A DNA stretch of 64,000 bases from Camelus dromedarius. Its lineage: Eukaryota. The notes under the pieces were generated by a model. That model worked only from the letters and a program-made list of their open reading frames with translations, made no database searches and had not been told where the DNA came from. Below, in pieces: positions 1 to 11,685 of this stretch. Where the stretch lies: assembly GCF_036321535.1 (NCBI RefSeq), contig NC_087436.1:111912001-111976000 (forward strand), read 5' to 3'. A program made the position numbers and the translations under genes. Position 1 is the first letter of the stretch. Each line of letters opens with the position of its first letter.

Positions 1-129
1 TCCTAAGATGATGCACAGGATGATGCCTGACATATTGGAATCTCGAGAAATGCTATTTTGTTGTTATTTTTTTTTTAAAGTAGTAGTTTAGTGGTTTTGT
101 AAGGCTCTATCTGAGGCCTCTTTTTGTTT

Positions 130-740
130 AAAAAAATTGTGATTTCAAGTTTGAAGGGTTGGTTGATCCCAGGGCAATTAGCAAGATCTTTTAATGGATT
201 TTTTTTTTAAACGATACCCTTAAGAAACATGGGCAATGATACAGAAAGAATTGTGTATTGACGCAGTTTGTATAGTTCAATAAATATTGTATCCAGTCCA
301 GGATGGAAAAAGGATGTTGCCGAAATCATTGTGATGCGATAGTCTAAAAAAATAAACCCAACAATAGGCCAGTGTGCCGGCCAGCAGGAAGCCCCGACAA
401 TACCCCCACCTTTTTCCTGTACCTTACCCGGAGTTCCTTCCAGGCCACGCAGATAACCCAAGGGTGATAAAGTCTCGGACAGGGTTTGTGTCAGCTGAGA
501 GTGGAAGAATTAGTGTCAAATTGTTATCTGATCAGTAAACGGACTTGGCAAATACCCTTCTCAAGCTGTGTTTAAGAAAGTCCCTTGCAGGGGGGAAAAG
601 TCCTTTTTTCACCTGAGTAGTTCCTCTGAGTCACGGTGACGCACTGAGACTCGGCTCACCCGGCGTAGGGGCACCTCCGTCTCCGGGCTGTTATCGCATC
701 CTGCAGGGAGCCCTCGTTGTGAGCGGTGATGTACATAGTC
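130..740. promoter_or_regulatory. Candidate enhancer / conserved non-coding-like island
   Basis: No recognisable repeat; CpGs retained; AACAATAG (SOX) 360-367, AGATAA 451-456, TGATAA 465-470, TTATCT 524-529 (GATA x3), CAGCTG 492-497, TGAGTCA (AP-1) 627-633. Function inferred only. Confidence 0.4.
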
Positions 741-799
741 ATTTCTCGCATTAAAGAAGCCCTGTGCTTTCAGCGTGCTTGCCCATCCCTTACTGCGTT

Positions 800-1005
800 T
801 AGCTCCGGAGGCAACTCCAGGCTTTGACTATTCCCTCCATGATTTATGCAGACCTGTGAGCCGGGGAAACGACTCATGCCCTCTGAGCCTCAGTTTCCTC
901 CTCTGCAAAGCGGGAGATGACGATCCTATCAATATCCTTGGGTTGCTGTTGGGATTACGGGAGATAATGCAGGCAGGGTGTTGGGCTGCGTGCTTGGCAT
1001 CACTT
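800..1005 (+). mobile_element. MIR SINE
   Basis: Core ctctgagcctcagtttcctcctctgcaaagcgggagatga followed by gggttgctgttgggattacgggagataatgc, matching the MIR core and 3' region. Confidence 0.85.
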
Positions 1006-1229
1006 GCTACATTTTAAAAGTGAGAAAAATAGTAATATTATTACTAACAATTCTGAAAGGCACAGTATTATCTCCATTTTAGAAGTGAGAAAACTGACAC
1101 TCATTCCTTCTGGGTAGGAACCACGTCCCACACACGATTTTAGGTTGGGCTTGGGTGAGGGAGGTTGTAAGTAAGTAAATATATTAATATAAGATATACT
1201 GGGTTCTGTTTACGTGATGTGTAAAAGGC

Positions 1230-1790
1230 AAAGCAGAGGATGGGAGGAGAGGATAAGGGAGCTGGTGGAGGTGGACTCCTTGTTGAGGAAGGACTGTCAG
1301 GGATAGTCTCTGATGAGGGGACACTTTAGAGGAGACCTCCATGGATGGGGGAAAGAGCCTTGCAGCCATCTGGGGGAGGAGCATTCAGGCAGAGGGAACA
1401 GCCTGTGCAAAGGCTCTGTGGCAGGAGTTCCTCAGTCTGTCTGGTGGATGGCGAGGACCCCTGGGTGCCCTGAGCAGAGTGAGCCAGGACCTCAGTAGGA
1501 GATGAGGTCAGGAGAAGTGAAGTAAGTCAGGCTTTGAAGACCATAGTTAAGATTTGCCATTCTATCCAGTGACAAGCCCCTGAGAACTTCTGGGCAGAAG
1601 TTTTGATCGAATTTAAACTTTGTATAAAGCTCACCCTGGATCCTGTGGAGGGAAGGGATTGCATATAGGTAAGATGGGAGAGGGTACATCAATATGGAGA
1701 CTTTTTCGGTTTAGACAAGCCAAGATGGTGGCTTGGACAGGAATGGTAGCGGTAGATTTGATGGAGATAGTGATGGACTGTAAGAAATAA
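1230..1790 (-). mobile_element. L2 LINE fragment
   Basis: Diagnostic antisense L2 motif gcattcaggcagagggaacagcctgtgcaaaggctctgtggcagg, plus downstream gatggtggcttggacag. Confidence 0.8.
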
Positions 1791-2120
1791 AAGGGAGCCT
1801 AAGAGCCACTCATTCTTAATCCCTCCAGAACTGCTGGTCTACCAGGGCATAGACACTCTGTTCAAGAAATGTTAAGCTCCATACCCTCCAGGTGTAATGT
1901 TTTATGGAAATTAAGAACAGGGATTATCATGGGCTGAAGGAGAACATGGGACTTCAAATGTCCCTCAAAAAATTTGAATAGGCCAAGAAATGAAGGCAGA
2001 AAACTACTTAATTTTGAGAGATCCATAAAAGGGAAGACACCAGCCAGAACAAACAATGTTTAAAGTCTCTAAATATTTAGGTTATTTCTAGGCAGAATAA
2101 TAGTGCAATAAACATCCATG

Positions 2121-2278
2121 TCTTAGCTGTGTGGCCTTAGGTGTTGCTTAACCATGCTGGGCCTCAGTTTCCTCATCTATAAAATGGAGAGACTAACAGT
2201 ATTCACTGCATAGAACTATTGTGAGAGTTAAACGAGTTAATATATGGAAAGTGATTGGAGTGGTGTCCAGCACATTGG
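2121..2278 (+). mobile_element. MIR SINE
   Basis: tagctgtgtggccttagg...gcctcagtttcctcatctataaaatggag...attgtgagagttaaacgagttaatatatggaaagtg. Confidence 0.9.
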
Positions 2279-2279
2279 T

Positions 2280-2598
2280 GTATTTCTTCAGTATAGGTAC
2301 TTAAGGGCAGAGTTACTGAAACACAGAGTATATACATTTTAAATATAAATAATCCTTTAAACCTAAATAAGGCTTTCTGCCCCTTCTTCTGGTCTTCATA
2401 GAAAGTTTGCCAACATCTGTAATTGACACAGTCTGTCTTTCAAAATAACTGTATCAATTTATGACCCCTTAAGCAATCAGAATATGAGAATACCCACTTC
2501 CTGTACTCTTACTGAGGCTTAATATTATTAATTTTGACAATTTTAGCTAAGCTGATGAATCAAAAGTGGTATCAAAATTTGACCTTCATTTTCTTGAC
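2280..2598 (-). mobile_element. Old L1 (L1M/L1ME-like) fragment, left part; split by Charlie1a
   Basis: Antisense L1 ORF2-end-like text (gtatcaatttatgacccc...tatgagaatacccacttcc...aagtggtatc); resumes at 3961. Confidence 0.6.
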
Positions 2599-3960
2599 CA
2601 GAGTTTCTCAAAATTTTTGTTCTCAGGACCTCCTGACACTCTTAATTTTTTTTGAAACCCCCTAGGAACTTCCTGTTTCTGTGGGTAACAGCTATCAAGA
2701 TTTACCATGTTAGAAATTAAAGCTGAGAAATTTAAAAAATTATTATTATTCATTTAAAAATGGCAATAGTGAACTTATTACGTTAGTACAGATGACACTG
2801 TTTTGAATAGAAAAATTATGTTTTCTCAAGCAAATTAGAAGTTAAGTGAGAAGATAGGCATTGCTTTGCATGTTTGCAAATCTTTTAAATGTTTGCTTAA
2901 CAGAAGAGAGATGGATTCTCACATCAGCTTCTGCGTTCAATCGTTGATACGTTGTTTTAGTTGAAGGAAATATGAAAAAAATCAGCGTCACGTAAAACTG
3001 TGGTTGGAAAAAGGAGAAATCTCCTAATAGCCTTTTGAAATAATTCTTTGTTCCTAGAGCAAAACTTTGCAAGTGGTAGTTTCTCAAAGGTAGGTTTCAA
3101 TGTGGGATCTGAAACCGTATCATTGAACTTCTCATGCTGTAATATTAAAATTGATTATCTTGCATTGTGAATGGATCTTTAGCCGTTCATGAATTTGTAA
3201 TATCATGCATTGGTCTTTTGGAAAATATTGGTTCACTGAATTTTGCAAATCTTCCAAATTTGACACTTTTCATTATGCAAGAGCAAAAAAAAAAATCCCA
3301 TTTGTTAATATCACCATCAATCTCATCAGAAAAGTCTTAAAGTATTCGGAAGCTGTCAAGGTCACAGAGGCAGATATAAGTTTACCATAATTTAATTTTT
3401 GCTCAAAAGTTCCAAGTTTGTCATTGGTGACAGAAACCGTCAGTTGTTTTCTTTGAAGTCATCGGCCCATTTTGTTAAGTTTTGAGAAAATGTTTGCCAA
3501 ATTTACCTCTGAATAACTAGATTTTTCAGTTGTTCTTTCAACTAAAATGGTATTGAATGAAATAAGCCACTAGTTGAGCTTACAACAATCACACAAGTGT
3601 TTTTTCTAAAGATAGTATTCACACGTCTCATTTTGTCACACAGAATAATAAAAAGGCAAGTGCTCAATGGTAGAGATATAATACAATCTGTAGTTTTTAC
3701 TCCTTTGTCAGGAAATACTTTTTTAGCTCCAAGTACGTGGTGGTGAAGAATACAATTACTCCTGTATAGTTTAGTACCACTGCTTTGATTTTGTGCTAAG
3801 GCTCCCAGCTCCCTCCACCATTGCTGTGCACAATCATTGAAAATGTCAACACAAAGAAAAAAGCAAATAAGACAAACTATGATGAAAATAGTTTTGATCT
3901 CACGTGTCCCCTGAAATGATCTTGGGGACACTTTCAGGACTGCCACACTAGATAATACTG
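2599..3960 (-). mobile_element. Charlie1a-like hAT DNA transposon, near full-length non-autonomous copy
   Basis: Terminal CAGAGTTTCTCAAA at 2599-2612. The right end reads cagtattatctagtgtgg...caggggacacgtgagatcaaaactattttcat on the minus strand, the Charlie1a 5' end. The minus-strand ORF 3542-3970 contains CVDIFND and CILHHHVL, degenerate versions of the hAT transposase DICTDG and CxxH motifs. Confidence 0.85.
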
Positions 3961-4095
3961 ACCTCTGCAAACTGGCTATCCATTTCCTTTGCCAATTTGT
4001 CTATTAAGTTGTCTTTTTCTTATTGACTTTTAGAAGTCATATGTATATATTAGGAACAGTGATCTTTTATAAATATATTGCAAATATTTCTTCGG
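3961..4095 (-). mobile_element. Old L1 fragment, right part (continuation of 2280-2598)
   Basis: tcctttgccaatttgtctattaagttgtctttttcttattgacttttagaagt...tatattgcaaatatttcttc is typical antisense L1 ORF2. Confidence 0.65.
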
Positions 4096-4159
4096 CAATA
4101 GGGCAAAGCCTAAGTAACTATGTGCCTCTGTACATAGTAAAACACAATATTACATAGAA

Positions 4160-4580
4160 TAATATAGAATGTCTTGACAGAAATGTCCTAAAAGATATTG
4201 TTTACTGTGGAAAATGGCAAGTTTCAGAAAATGCAGAGTATATTACTTATAAATTACTTTCTCCTACCCAAGACAGTATTTTATAGAAACATATACATAT
4301 AATTGTATAACAGCTATATACATATTTATATACACAACTGTTATGGATATAAAACATATGTGTAGATGTATGTATTTCAATGTGCAAGAAAACAAACAAT
4401 ATCTTGAATGCTAAATACCCAAATTATATCATAAAATGACAATAATCATTTTAGAGGAAGGCAGAAGACTCACAACAGAAATTCATTTCAGTTGTGACCT
4501 TTGATATATTTGGCCTTTAAATTTTTTCCAAGGAGAATATAGTTATGAATTTATTGACAAAGTGATAATTTTTAAAAAAT
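4160..4580 (+). mobile_element. Probable old L1 (L1ME-like) 3' end
   Basis: AT-rich, with aagatattgtttactgtggaaaatggcaagtttcagaaaatgcagagtata resembling L1ME 3' UTR; highly diverged. Confidence 0.4.
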
Positions 4581-5589
4581 TGTAGAAATATGGCTTCTTA
4601 AACCTTACAGCATGATAGCACACGAGGAAACATTTTTATTCTATACGCAACAGGAAGAAAAACAGTGCACACATAGCTGGAAAATGAGAGAGTTTTCTGG
4701 AAGCTAAGGCACTTTCTTTTGGTTGCTCCCTACTGAGAAGTGATGCCTACCTATCTGTGTTACGGATATGCGGGCCAAAGTTTTCACTAAACTTAAAGTG
4801 ACCTTTTCTTTCTCCATTTTCCAAATTCTGACCAACTAATATAAATAAGACATTCCATATGTATATGAAATCCAGGGTTCAATAACCACTGTTCCTTAAA
4901 ATACTTAGATCAGTTTGTTTGTTTGTTTTAAATATTAGTGACCGACTTTTACACTTTGGTAACTGCCTAAATTTCTTATATTTACCATATGGAAATAAAT
5001 AAAGTTAAGTTCTCGGCCCCAAAGGGACCATTTAAGGGATTTAAAACAAATATTACTCTTGTATTGAGTTCATATAAGAAATGAGATCATGAAATCCTAA
5101 AAATAGCTAATGTCAAATTAAGAAAAGCTGGAGCAACTTAACTTCCTAGGTATTATCTTCTGAAGCTTTACATACTCCATAGCTTCCCATGACTCAGACT
5201 GATAAAACATGTAGTTGGTGATGACCACAGATAGTCATGTAACATCTTTGGTCCAGATGATCCTCCAACGTGCTTTATAAATGGATTTCCCTCCATGGGC
5301 AGTACCTAGCCCAGCCCATGTGTATAAAAGCTTGCCACTTCCTTGTACTGTAGATGCGTGTGACGGGCAGGAAAGGTCCATCCTGTTTATCCCCTCATGC
5401 TCTGGGAGCTGCATGATTTACCCCAGCAGAAGGAACGCTTCCTTCCTCCTCAATCATGGGTAGAGCACAGGATAGCTTTGTAATTTTAGTTTAAATGCCC
5501 TAATGCCCTTGTAAGGGATGAAGTAAAGACACTAAATCGTACCCAGGGTCTGTCCTATTCCAGGCACTTTGATTGGTCCTTTATGAGTT

Positions 5590-5720
5590 TTAGATAATTG
5601 CATCTTCGTAAAAACCCAGTGAGGTGAGATTATCTCCATCCTGTAGCTGTGGAAATGAGCCTTGCCTGAGATTACAAATCGAGAATATGATAGAATCAGG
5701 ATTGCTCCTGAGTGATATCT
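5590..5720 (-). mobile_element. MIR fragment
   Basis: catcttcgtaaaaacccagtgaggtgagattatctccatcctgtagctgtggaaatgag is the antisense MIR core. Confidence 0.6.
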
Positions 5721-5869
5721 CTTGTGTTAATTTACTGGACCTTTCTGTTCTGATTGCCACAGTCCCTACTAAGAAACACAAGACCCTTGACTTTCATGGT
5801 TCTGTTGTCTCAGTTTGTGTTTCTACTTCCCTGATCATTTTATTGTTCAGTCCTTTTTCTCCTCCCACA

Positions 5870-6063
5870 TCTGCCAGGTGTGGCTCAGACTTGCTTGTGA
5901 AAGCCAATCGTTAATTTTTCAGGAATTTTGTGAGCCTGTTGGTGTCATATGCGTAGCTTGAAATTGACTATGGTAGAGTATTTACACCATGGAAATTGGC
6001 AAATGTTAAAAATCAGCTTTCCTTGAACCCCAAGAGCATTCAACACTCACCAGCACCCCCACT
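5870..6063 (+). mobile_element. MER63A-like hAT MITE
   Basis: gccaatcgttaatttttcaggaattttgtgagcc...tagcttgaaattgactatggtagagtatttacaccatggaaattggcaaatg...caccagcacccccact. Confidence 0.8.
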
Positions 6064-6229
6064 TCTTCTACTCCCACAGAAATGTGGGGACTTCTTAGGG
6101 TAGCCATTCTGAACAAGTTTTCTCCTCACCTGACACATTCTCTCTGGATGATATCTCCCTCTCTGTGCACATATGCATGTGTGCGCACAGACACACATGG
6201 TTTTAACTCTCACCTGTACCATTACACCT

Positions 6230-6457
6230 AAGCACCTATCTGCAAACCTGCAGACTCCCTCCAGAGTCTGAGGCTGTATCTCCAACTGCTTCCTAAAAAC
6301 ATGCTCATGAGTGTTGAACAGACACCCTGAGTTCACCAAGTCCCAGTCTGAACTCACCATCTTGCTCTTTTCCTGAATCCCTTACTTCAGTTAATGGCTC
6401 CACCATCTTTCTTCTGCTTATTCCAGAAATTTGGTGTGACCTTTATCTCCTCTCTTC
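6230..6457 (+). mobile_element. L2 LINE fragment
   Basis: tatctccaactgcttcc...gtctgaactcaccatctt...cttcagttaatggctccaccatc. Confidence 0.7.
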
Positions 6458-6684
6458 AGTCACACGGAGCCCAAGAAGACATTGCTAAAAGGGATTCTCA
6501 TTCCAGGACCTCGTTCTTCAGGTGTTCACATGAGGGAAATGGTGATTTTGGATGGTGATGTGGTTTTCATTTTGATTCCTAGACTGCTCCACTTTCTGCA
6601 GTGTGGGAAATTTGACGTCTGAAATTTCTGTGGTGGAAGCAGCATCCTTCTGTGTGCTCCGGAAACGGGAGGAACAAGCTCATG

Positions 6685-6920
6685 TAAATTAAGTATCTAC
6701 ATGATGCCAAGACTTTTAGAAGCTTTTCCATATATACATTCACTTAATCTTCTCAATATTTCTATGATGTAGATATTACCATAATAGTTTTGCCCAGAGG
6801 AGAACTGAAGCTCAGCTAAAATAAATAGCTTGTCCACAGAGCTCTGCTAGTAGGTGGTAGAGCCTTGATTTGGGTGGGCCAATTGGACTTCAAAGTTTGA
6901 TATCTTTCCATTACCCCATG
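6685..6920 (-). mobile_element. MIR SINE, near full length
   Basis: cacttaatcttctcaatatttctatgatgtagatattacc...gagaactgaagctcag...gtaggtggtagagcc...ggacttcaaagt. Confidence 0.75.
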
Positions 6921-7284
6921 CAGTGCCTCTTGGTGGGTGTCTTTCTGGGCAGAGAACTGGTCACTGGCAGCTGGAAAGACCTCTTACCCTCACCCCGTGC
7001 AGAGCTCCCAAGACCCTCATTCTTTCTAGTGCTGCCTTCATGTTGTCCCTCATCCAGAATCTTTGCCTGCCCTCCCAAGGACCTATGCTGCCTGGCACTT
7101 GGAAGGATGGATGCAAAGTTCTTTAATATTTTTTGGAGTATTTAGGCTGAAAAGTCCTCACTTTCTTGGAGAGCATAGTTGAAAGCATGGTTTTCACACT
7201 ATTTTTTGTCACTCCCTAGTATGCAGATGCCCACTGTGTGACTAGCTTGTGCATTAGGCGGGGTCAAATGTAACAGGGACCAGA

Positions 7285-7442
7285 GGGGTGGGGGGGTATA
7301 GCTTAGTGATAGAGCCCATGCTTGGTGTGCATAAGGTCCTGTATTCAATCCCCAGTGCCTCTGTTAAGGGGAAAATAATTTTTTAAATAAGTTTTTTTAA
7401 ATGTAAAGAAAAAAAAAAGACCACAAAAAATTAAAAAGAAAA
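7285..7442 (+). mobile_element. Camelid tRNA-Ala-derived SINE (Vic-1 type) with perfect 19-bp TSD
   Basis: Head ggggtatagcttagtgatagagcccatgcttggtgtgcataaggtcctgtattcaatccccagtgcctc; A-rich tail; TSD aaatgtaacagggaccaga at 7266-7284 and 7443-7461; sits inside an antisense L2 3' end (about 7215-7520). Confidence 0.9.
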
Positions 7443-7852
7443 AAATGTAACAGGGACCAGATGTGAGGCTAAGAGCTGGCTCCTGCCTTCACGGTGCTGA
7501 TGCTCCAGTAGGAGACAGGACCTCTACCCATGCAATGGTCAGAGAGTAACAGGAAGGAAAGTAGGGGCCAGTGTCCCCTGCATTCTTGATAGCTATGTTT
7601 CAATAGGTACACTTCAAAGAATGTGTTACTTTTGAGAATCAGGAAACAGCCATGTCATCAAGTGTCACTTAAGACTCCGTTAGTGACTGTGTTGTTAAAT
7701 GGCTCCCAAAGAGTTAATTTAGCCATTGGACCAGAGGGATCTGAAGGAAGTCACACCACTCTCTGACAAGGTTTCTCAGTGAGCCACCAGACCCCTTAGA
7801 TCGTGTCTCTGTGTTCTCTGGTGTGGGATTTGGTCATGGTAAAGCATATCTG

Positions 7853-8680
7853 ACATTCATTCTGTCTTTATTAATTAAATACCTGCTTATACCAACCATT
7901 CGAATGAAGCAGTGAATGAGATTGATAAGGTCCTTCTCTCACAGAGCTTGTATTGACTGAAATCAATGGAAGAAAAATAAGAAAGCAAGTAGTGCTCTAA
8001 GGACTAAGAAGAAAGAAAAGAAGGCGATGGGAGAGAATATATTTGGGGCTACTTTAGATGAGGTAGTCAGGGAAATCCTCCCTGAGGAGCTGATCTTGTA
8101 AGAAAGATGTGCATGCAAGAGTAAGCCAGCCCTGTGAACACCTAGAGGGGAATATTCTAGATGGGAGCCAATGGCAAATACAGAAGGAGAGGGGAAGAGA
8201 GAGAGTGAGCCAGCCAATATGGCTGCAGCAAATGGCCTGAGATTAGGTTGAAGAGATTGCTAAGGGTCAGACTTTATTGGTCCTTGTAGACCAGGGAAGG
8301 GAGAGCTTTGGGAAGGAAGTCTCTGGAAGGCTGCAAGTAGGGAAGTGGTATAACCTGCTTTATGCTGTAGATACAGCATTCTGGCAGCAGCACAGAGAGT
8401 GAATTTCAGTGGAAAGAGCGTGGACCCCTTCAGCGCTCTGCTGGAAACAAGGTGCTGGCTTGGACTGGAATGGCAGCAGTGGAGTTGGGGAAAAGTGGAT
8501 GGATTTGAGTGTATTTTGCTGACGGACTGGATGTGATTGGTAAAGGAAAGAGAAGAATATTTATCTTCAGCAGCTCTGTGGACATTGGTGCTATTTACTG
8601 GGATGGAGATTGCTTAAATGGAGGAGGGAGAAAGTTTAGGAAGGAAATGATTTCTCCTACATTTGAGCACATGGTCCTGC
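7853..8680 (-). mobile_element. L2 LINE 3' portion
   Basis: Starts at the L2 tail (cattcattc); tagatgaggtagtcagggaaatcctccctgaggag; ggcttggactggaatggcagcagtggag...gaaaagtggatggatttgagtgtatttt. Confidence 0.85.
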
Positions 8681-8719
8681 AGTCTCTGCTGAAATCCTGT
8701 CCTAGCTGAGGAGGGTTGG

Positions 8720-8890
8720 CTGCCCACTCCTTTGTGGGATGACTTTAAAGATGAAAAATTCTTTTACAGGCTAATCTGGACTCTGCCTTCTTGCAGCTTC
8801 CATCCATGTGTACATTTTTGTCTCTCTGGAAACACATGGAACACATCTGCTCTCTTCTCAGAAAGTTTTGCCAAATATTTGAATACCAAG
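8720..8890 (-). mobile_element. CR1/L3 LINE fragment
   Basis: ctctgccttcttgcagcttccatccatg...tctctggaaacacatggaacacatctgctctcttctca...aaatatttgaata resembles antisense L3. Confidence 0.6.
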
Positions 8891-9109
8891 ATTTTTGACA
8901 TTGTTTTAACATATTAAAATTTCAAATTAGCTTGGGTGAAAAAGCCATTAATTCAATCGTAGTGTGTAACATGGGCTTCTCCAAAATGACTGTGTAATCT
9001 CCGTTTAGAACTCTGTTCTGTAGCCTTAGTTTTGAATGAAGTGCTAAGCCTTTAGTGATGACTTGTCACTAAGACCCTTTACATAATTCTTTTTTGTTTT
9101 TTTCCCCCA

Positions 9110-9870
9110 CTTTTTATAATGCACTTTGTAGCTGGTGTTAATGTCGTGTCTTATTGTAGAGTATCAGAAAAATAAAGACACATACATAGATTTAAAAGAG
9201 AAATATCAGCAAGCATCTCACCACTCAGAGAACTTCATAGTTGAGTATCTGTTTTTTTTTTTTTTTCCAATATTTTTCTTTCACTTTTTTCACTAGGGAT
9301 GGTGTTGGTACTATAGATTTATATTTTGCTTTTGTTCATTTGCCTGATAATAAATGCTTAAACTATAACTTTTAGGCGATTTCTCAAAGAATAATATCTC
9401 ACACTTGCCGAGTATTTGTTTCAGTCAGTAAGATGATTTAATTTATTGCTAGAGTTTTAATAATCGCTGTTGTTTTAATGCCATTACGGTGAGCAGCTTT
9501 GGTTAAAAGGATTTTTCCGTAATTTGGATGACAGCCTTAAGAGGGTTGCAGAGTCAGGGAGTGGGGACTCTTCTGAGATTCTTCATACACTGTGACAACA
9601 GCGTGTTTCCAATAGGGAGATGCAATCAATATCCTATCAGTATAGATGTGCTTGGCTATTTGACCACACCCGGACCTCTGCTGAGTATCATTAGAATGAG
9701 CATTTGCTGATTTGATAGATAAAACTTGTTTGGTGTTGATAGTCTTGTTTGCATTCTGTGACTTACTAGTGAGGGTGAATATTTTTCTATATGTTTACTA
9801 GTCATTACATTTTCTTGCTTCCAAATTTTCTGTTTTTGCTTTTGCCCACTTATCAGTTAAATTTCTGTTA
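9110..9870 (-). mobile_element. Old L1 (L1ME-like) 3' region
   Basis: catctcaccactcagagaac...; tttgctgatttgatagataaaa...gtttgcattctgtgacttactagtgagggtgaatatttttctatatgtttactagtcatt. Confidence 0.7.
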
Positions 9871-10199
9871 TTTTGGAGACACTTCCCTGCCCTTCATATC
9901 ATTATTCTGTCCCTTATCTTGTTAGAAAAACATCTATAAGAGATTTTTCATGAACTGGAGTCCAACTAACTAGAACATTAACTATTCAAATTTGGGGTGA
10001 CAGGCAAATTGAAAAAAAAAAGGAGAGATATGACACATACTCCACAAGCAGAGAAATTCAAATAGAGCAGTCTTTCTCCAGCTCTCAGAGTAAAAACTCA
10101 TCAAAGCAAAAACTGTTTTATTTAGACATCTGGGAAATGTACTTCGACAAACATCCGCTTGATGACTGTCAGTGTCATAAAGAGACTTTGATATCAAAA

Positions 10200-10450
10200 A
10201 TCCACAGGAACTGCTGAAATAAATGCTATATTTTTATGACAAAGTGCTCTTTGCTGACTCATTTGCATTGTCCATGTGATGTGGCTTTAGCATCTTCACA
10301 CAAAGGAGGGCTCCATTTTCATGGAAATGACATGAAGAAATTAACAAAGCGCTCTGGGGAGTCTCCCCACTGCAAAAGGAGGGTCGCCTTTTACCTGCGT
10401 GGAGCAAAGCTTACACATGGTTGCGCTTCAGTATTTTTAACTTATAAGTG
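10200..10450. promoter_or_regulatory. Candidate enhancer: ARE/NF-E2 site overlapping an octamer, plus palindromic kappaB-like site
   Basis: TGCTGACTCAT 10252-10262 overlaps ATTTGCAT 10261-10268; TGGGGAGTCTCCCCA 10355-10369; no recognisable repeat. Confidence 0.35.
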
Positions 10451-10842
10451 TTTCTTAAATTTACATATTCAGTGCTTTTACAGCTCTAGAAATACTCTCT
10501 CAAACTACCATCGAAGGTAACAAAACATCTTTCAAATGTCTGATTCCTATGCATGTAGGTCATCAAAAATAGATCGATAGAATCTTTAGCCCCGCTTCCA
10601 ATAAGTTAAACCAGTTCTGTTACTGAGTTTGATCTTTTGCTTATCAGTAGCACAAGGAGGCCTTCTATGTATAAAACCTGCAACCGCTGGGCTGTTAGTT
10701 ATTTGAAATGATTACAACTGATTAGCCATCTTGATGGGTTCACATGTTGCAGGTAGGGTTTCTCATCTCACTAACAACTGCCTGGCAAACCGAGTGTCTT
10801 AGGCAGCGGAAGAATGTGAGGGATGGACCAAAGTCTTAAGAG

Positions 10843-11110
10843 ACAGTATAGTGTGTAGAAAAAGTATGAGAGTTGATGTCAGGAAAGACTTGGCCTTAAA
10901 ATCTAGCCTTGCTACTTAGTACTAGTTCATCTTTTCTTGGGCAAACTATTTGACTTCTCTGGTCCTCAGTTTCCTCCTAAGTGATCTCATAGACTAGAAT
11001 TAATAATAATTACCTGGCCAGGAAGTCGAGGACTGAAAGAGATCGTATGTGCAAGCCACCTGGCTGAACACCTGGCAGTAGTCGGGGTCCGTAAGTCCTT
11101 ATGCTGTTAG
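10843..11110 (+). mobile_element. MIR SINE, near full length
   Basis: acagtatagtgtgtagaaaaag...ctagccttgctacttagt...gggcaaactatttgacttctctggtcctcagtttcctc. Confidence 0.8.
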
Positions 11111-11685
11111 TACTGGCAAGCTTATTATTACCCCTGACTGTCGCTGTCATCAGGTGTCGCTGGAAGAAGAAACAGAGAATGTGGGATCATAGTTAAGCTT
11201 GTATTTTGCAAATAGCCTGTGTGATATCTAGTATTCACAACCATAACAAACATCTCTTGAGCGCCTAACACGTGCCATGTCCTTGTGCCCATTAAAAGCA
11301 GGTCAGAGAGAAGAGTGACCCCCTACTCCCTGTTGGCTGGGTTCCCCTGATAGGGAAAGCTGCTGCTGAGAAGGTTACACAGCATCGATGCTCAAAGGAA
11401 GCAGGTGTGGCCATAGAATCTTCCCGTGATGGAGTTAGAAGAGAGCTCAGGGGCCCCCCGTATGTTGTGGCTGTGGTCACCAGCGCTGCTTTTCAGTGTG
11501 GAGGCTCAGCGCACCAATTTGAGAGCTTCAGGAACCACACAACCGAGGCCACTGACCTGGTATGACCCCAACCCCTCAGTGTTAGCGTGGTGAAATTGAG
11601 ACCCCCCCCCCGCAAATCTGAGCACGTCACCTTTAAGATGGGGCTGGGCTAAAACATTCACTCAATATGTCTACTCTGTACAGTC

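Noticed and set aside
207..461. 84-aa hydrophobic minus-strand ORF
   Set aside because: No recognisable domain, non-ATG start and no supporting splice structure; better explained as a non-coding island.
3542..3970. 142-aa ORF as a domesticated transposase gene
   Set aside because: Motifs are degenerate and out of register; it lies within a non-autonomous Charlie1a fossil.
11480..11610. Possible MER20/MER5-type hAT fragments (also 12520-12590)
   Set aside because: Only short terminal-like motifs; too diverged to call without a profile search.
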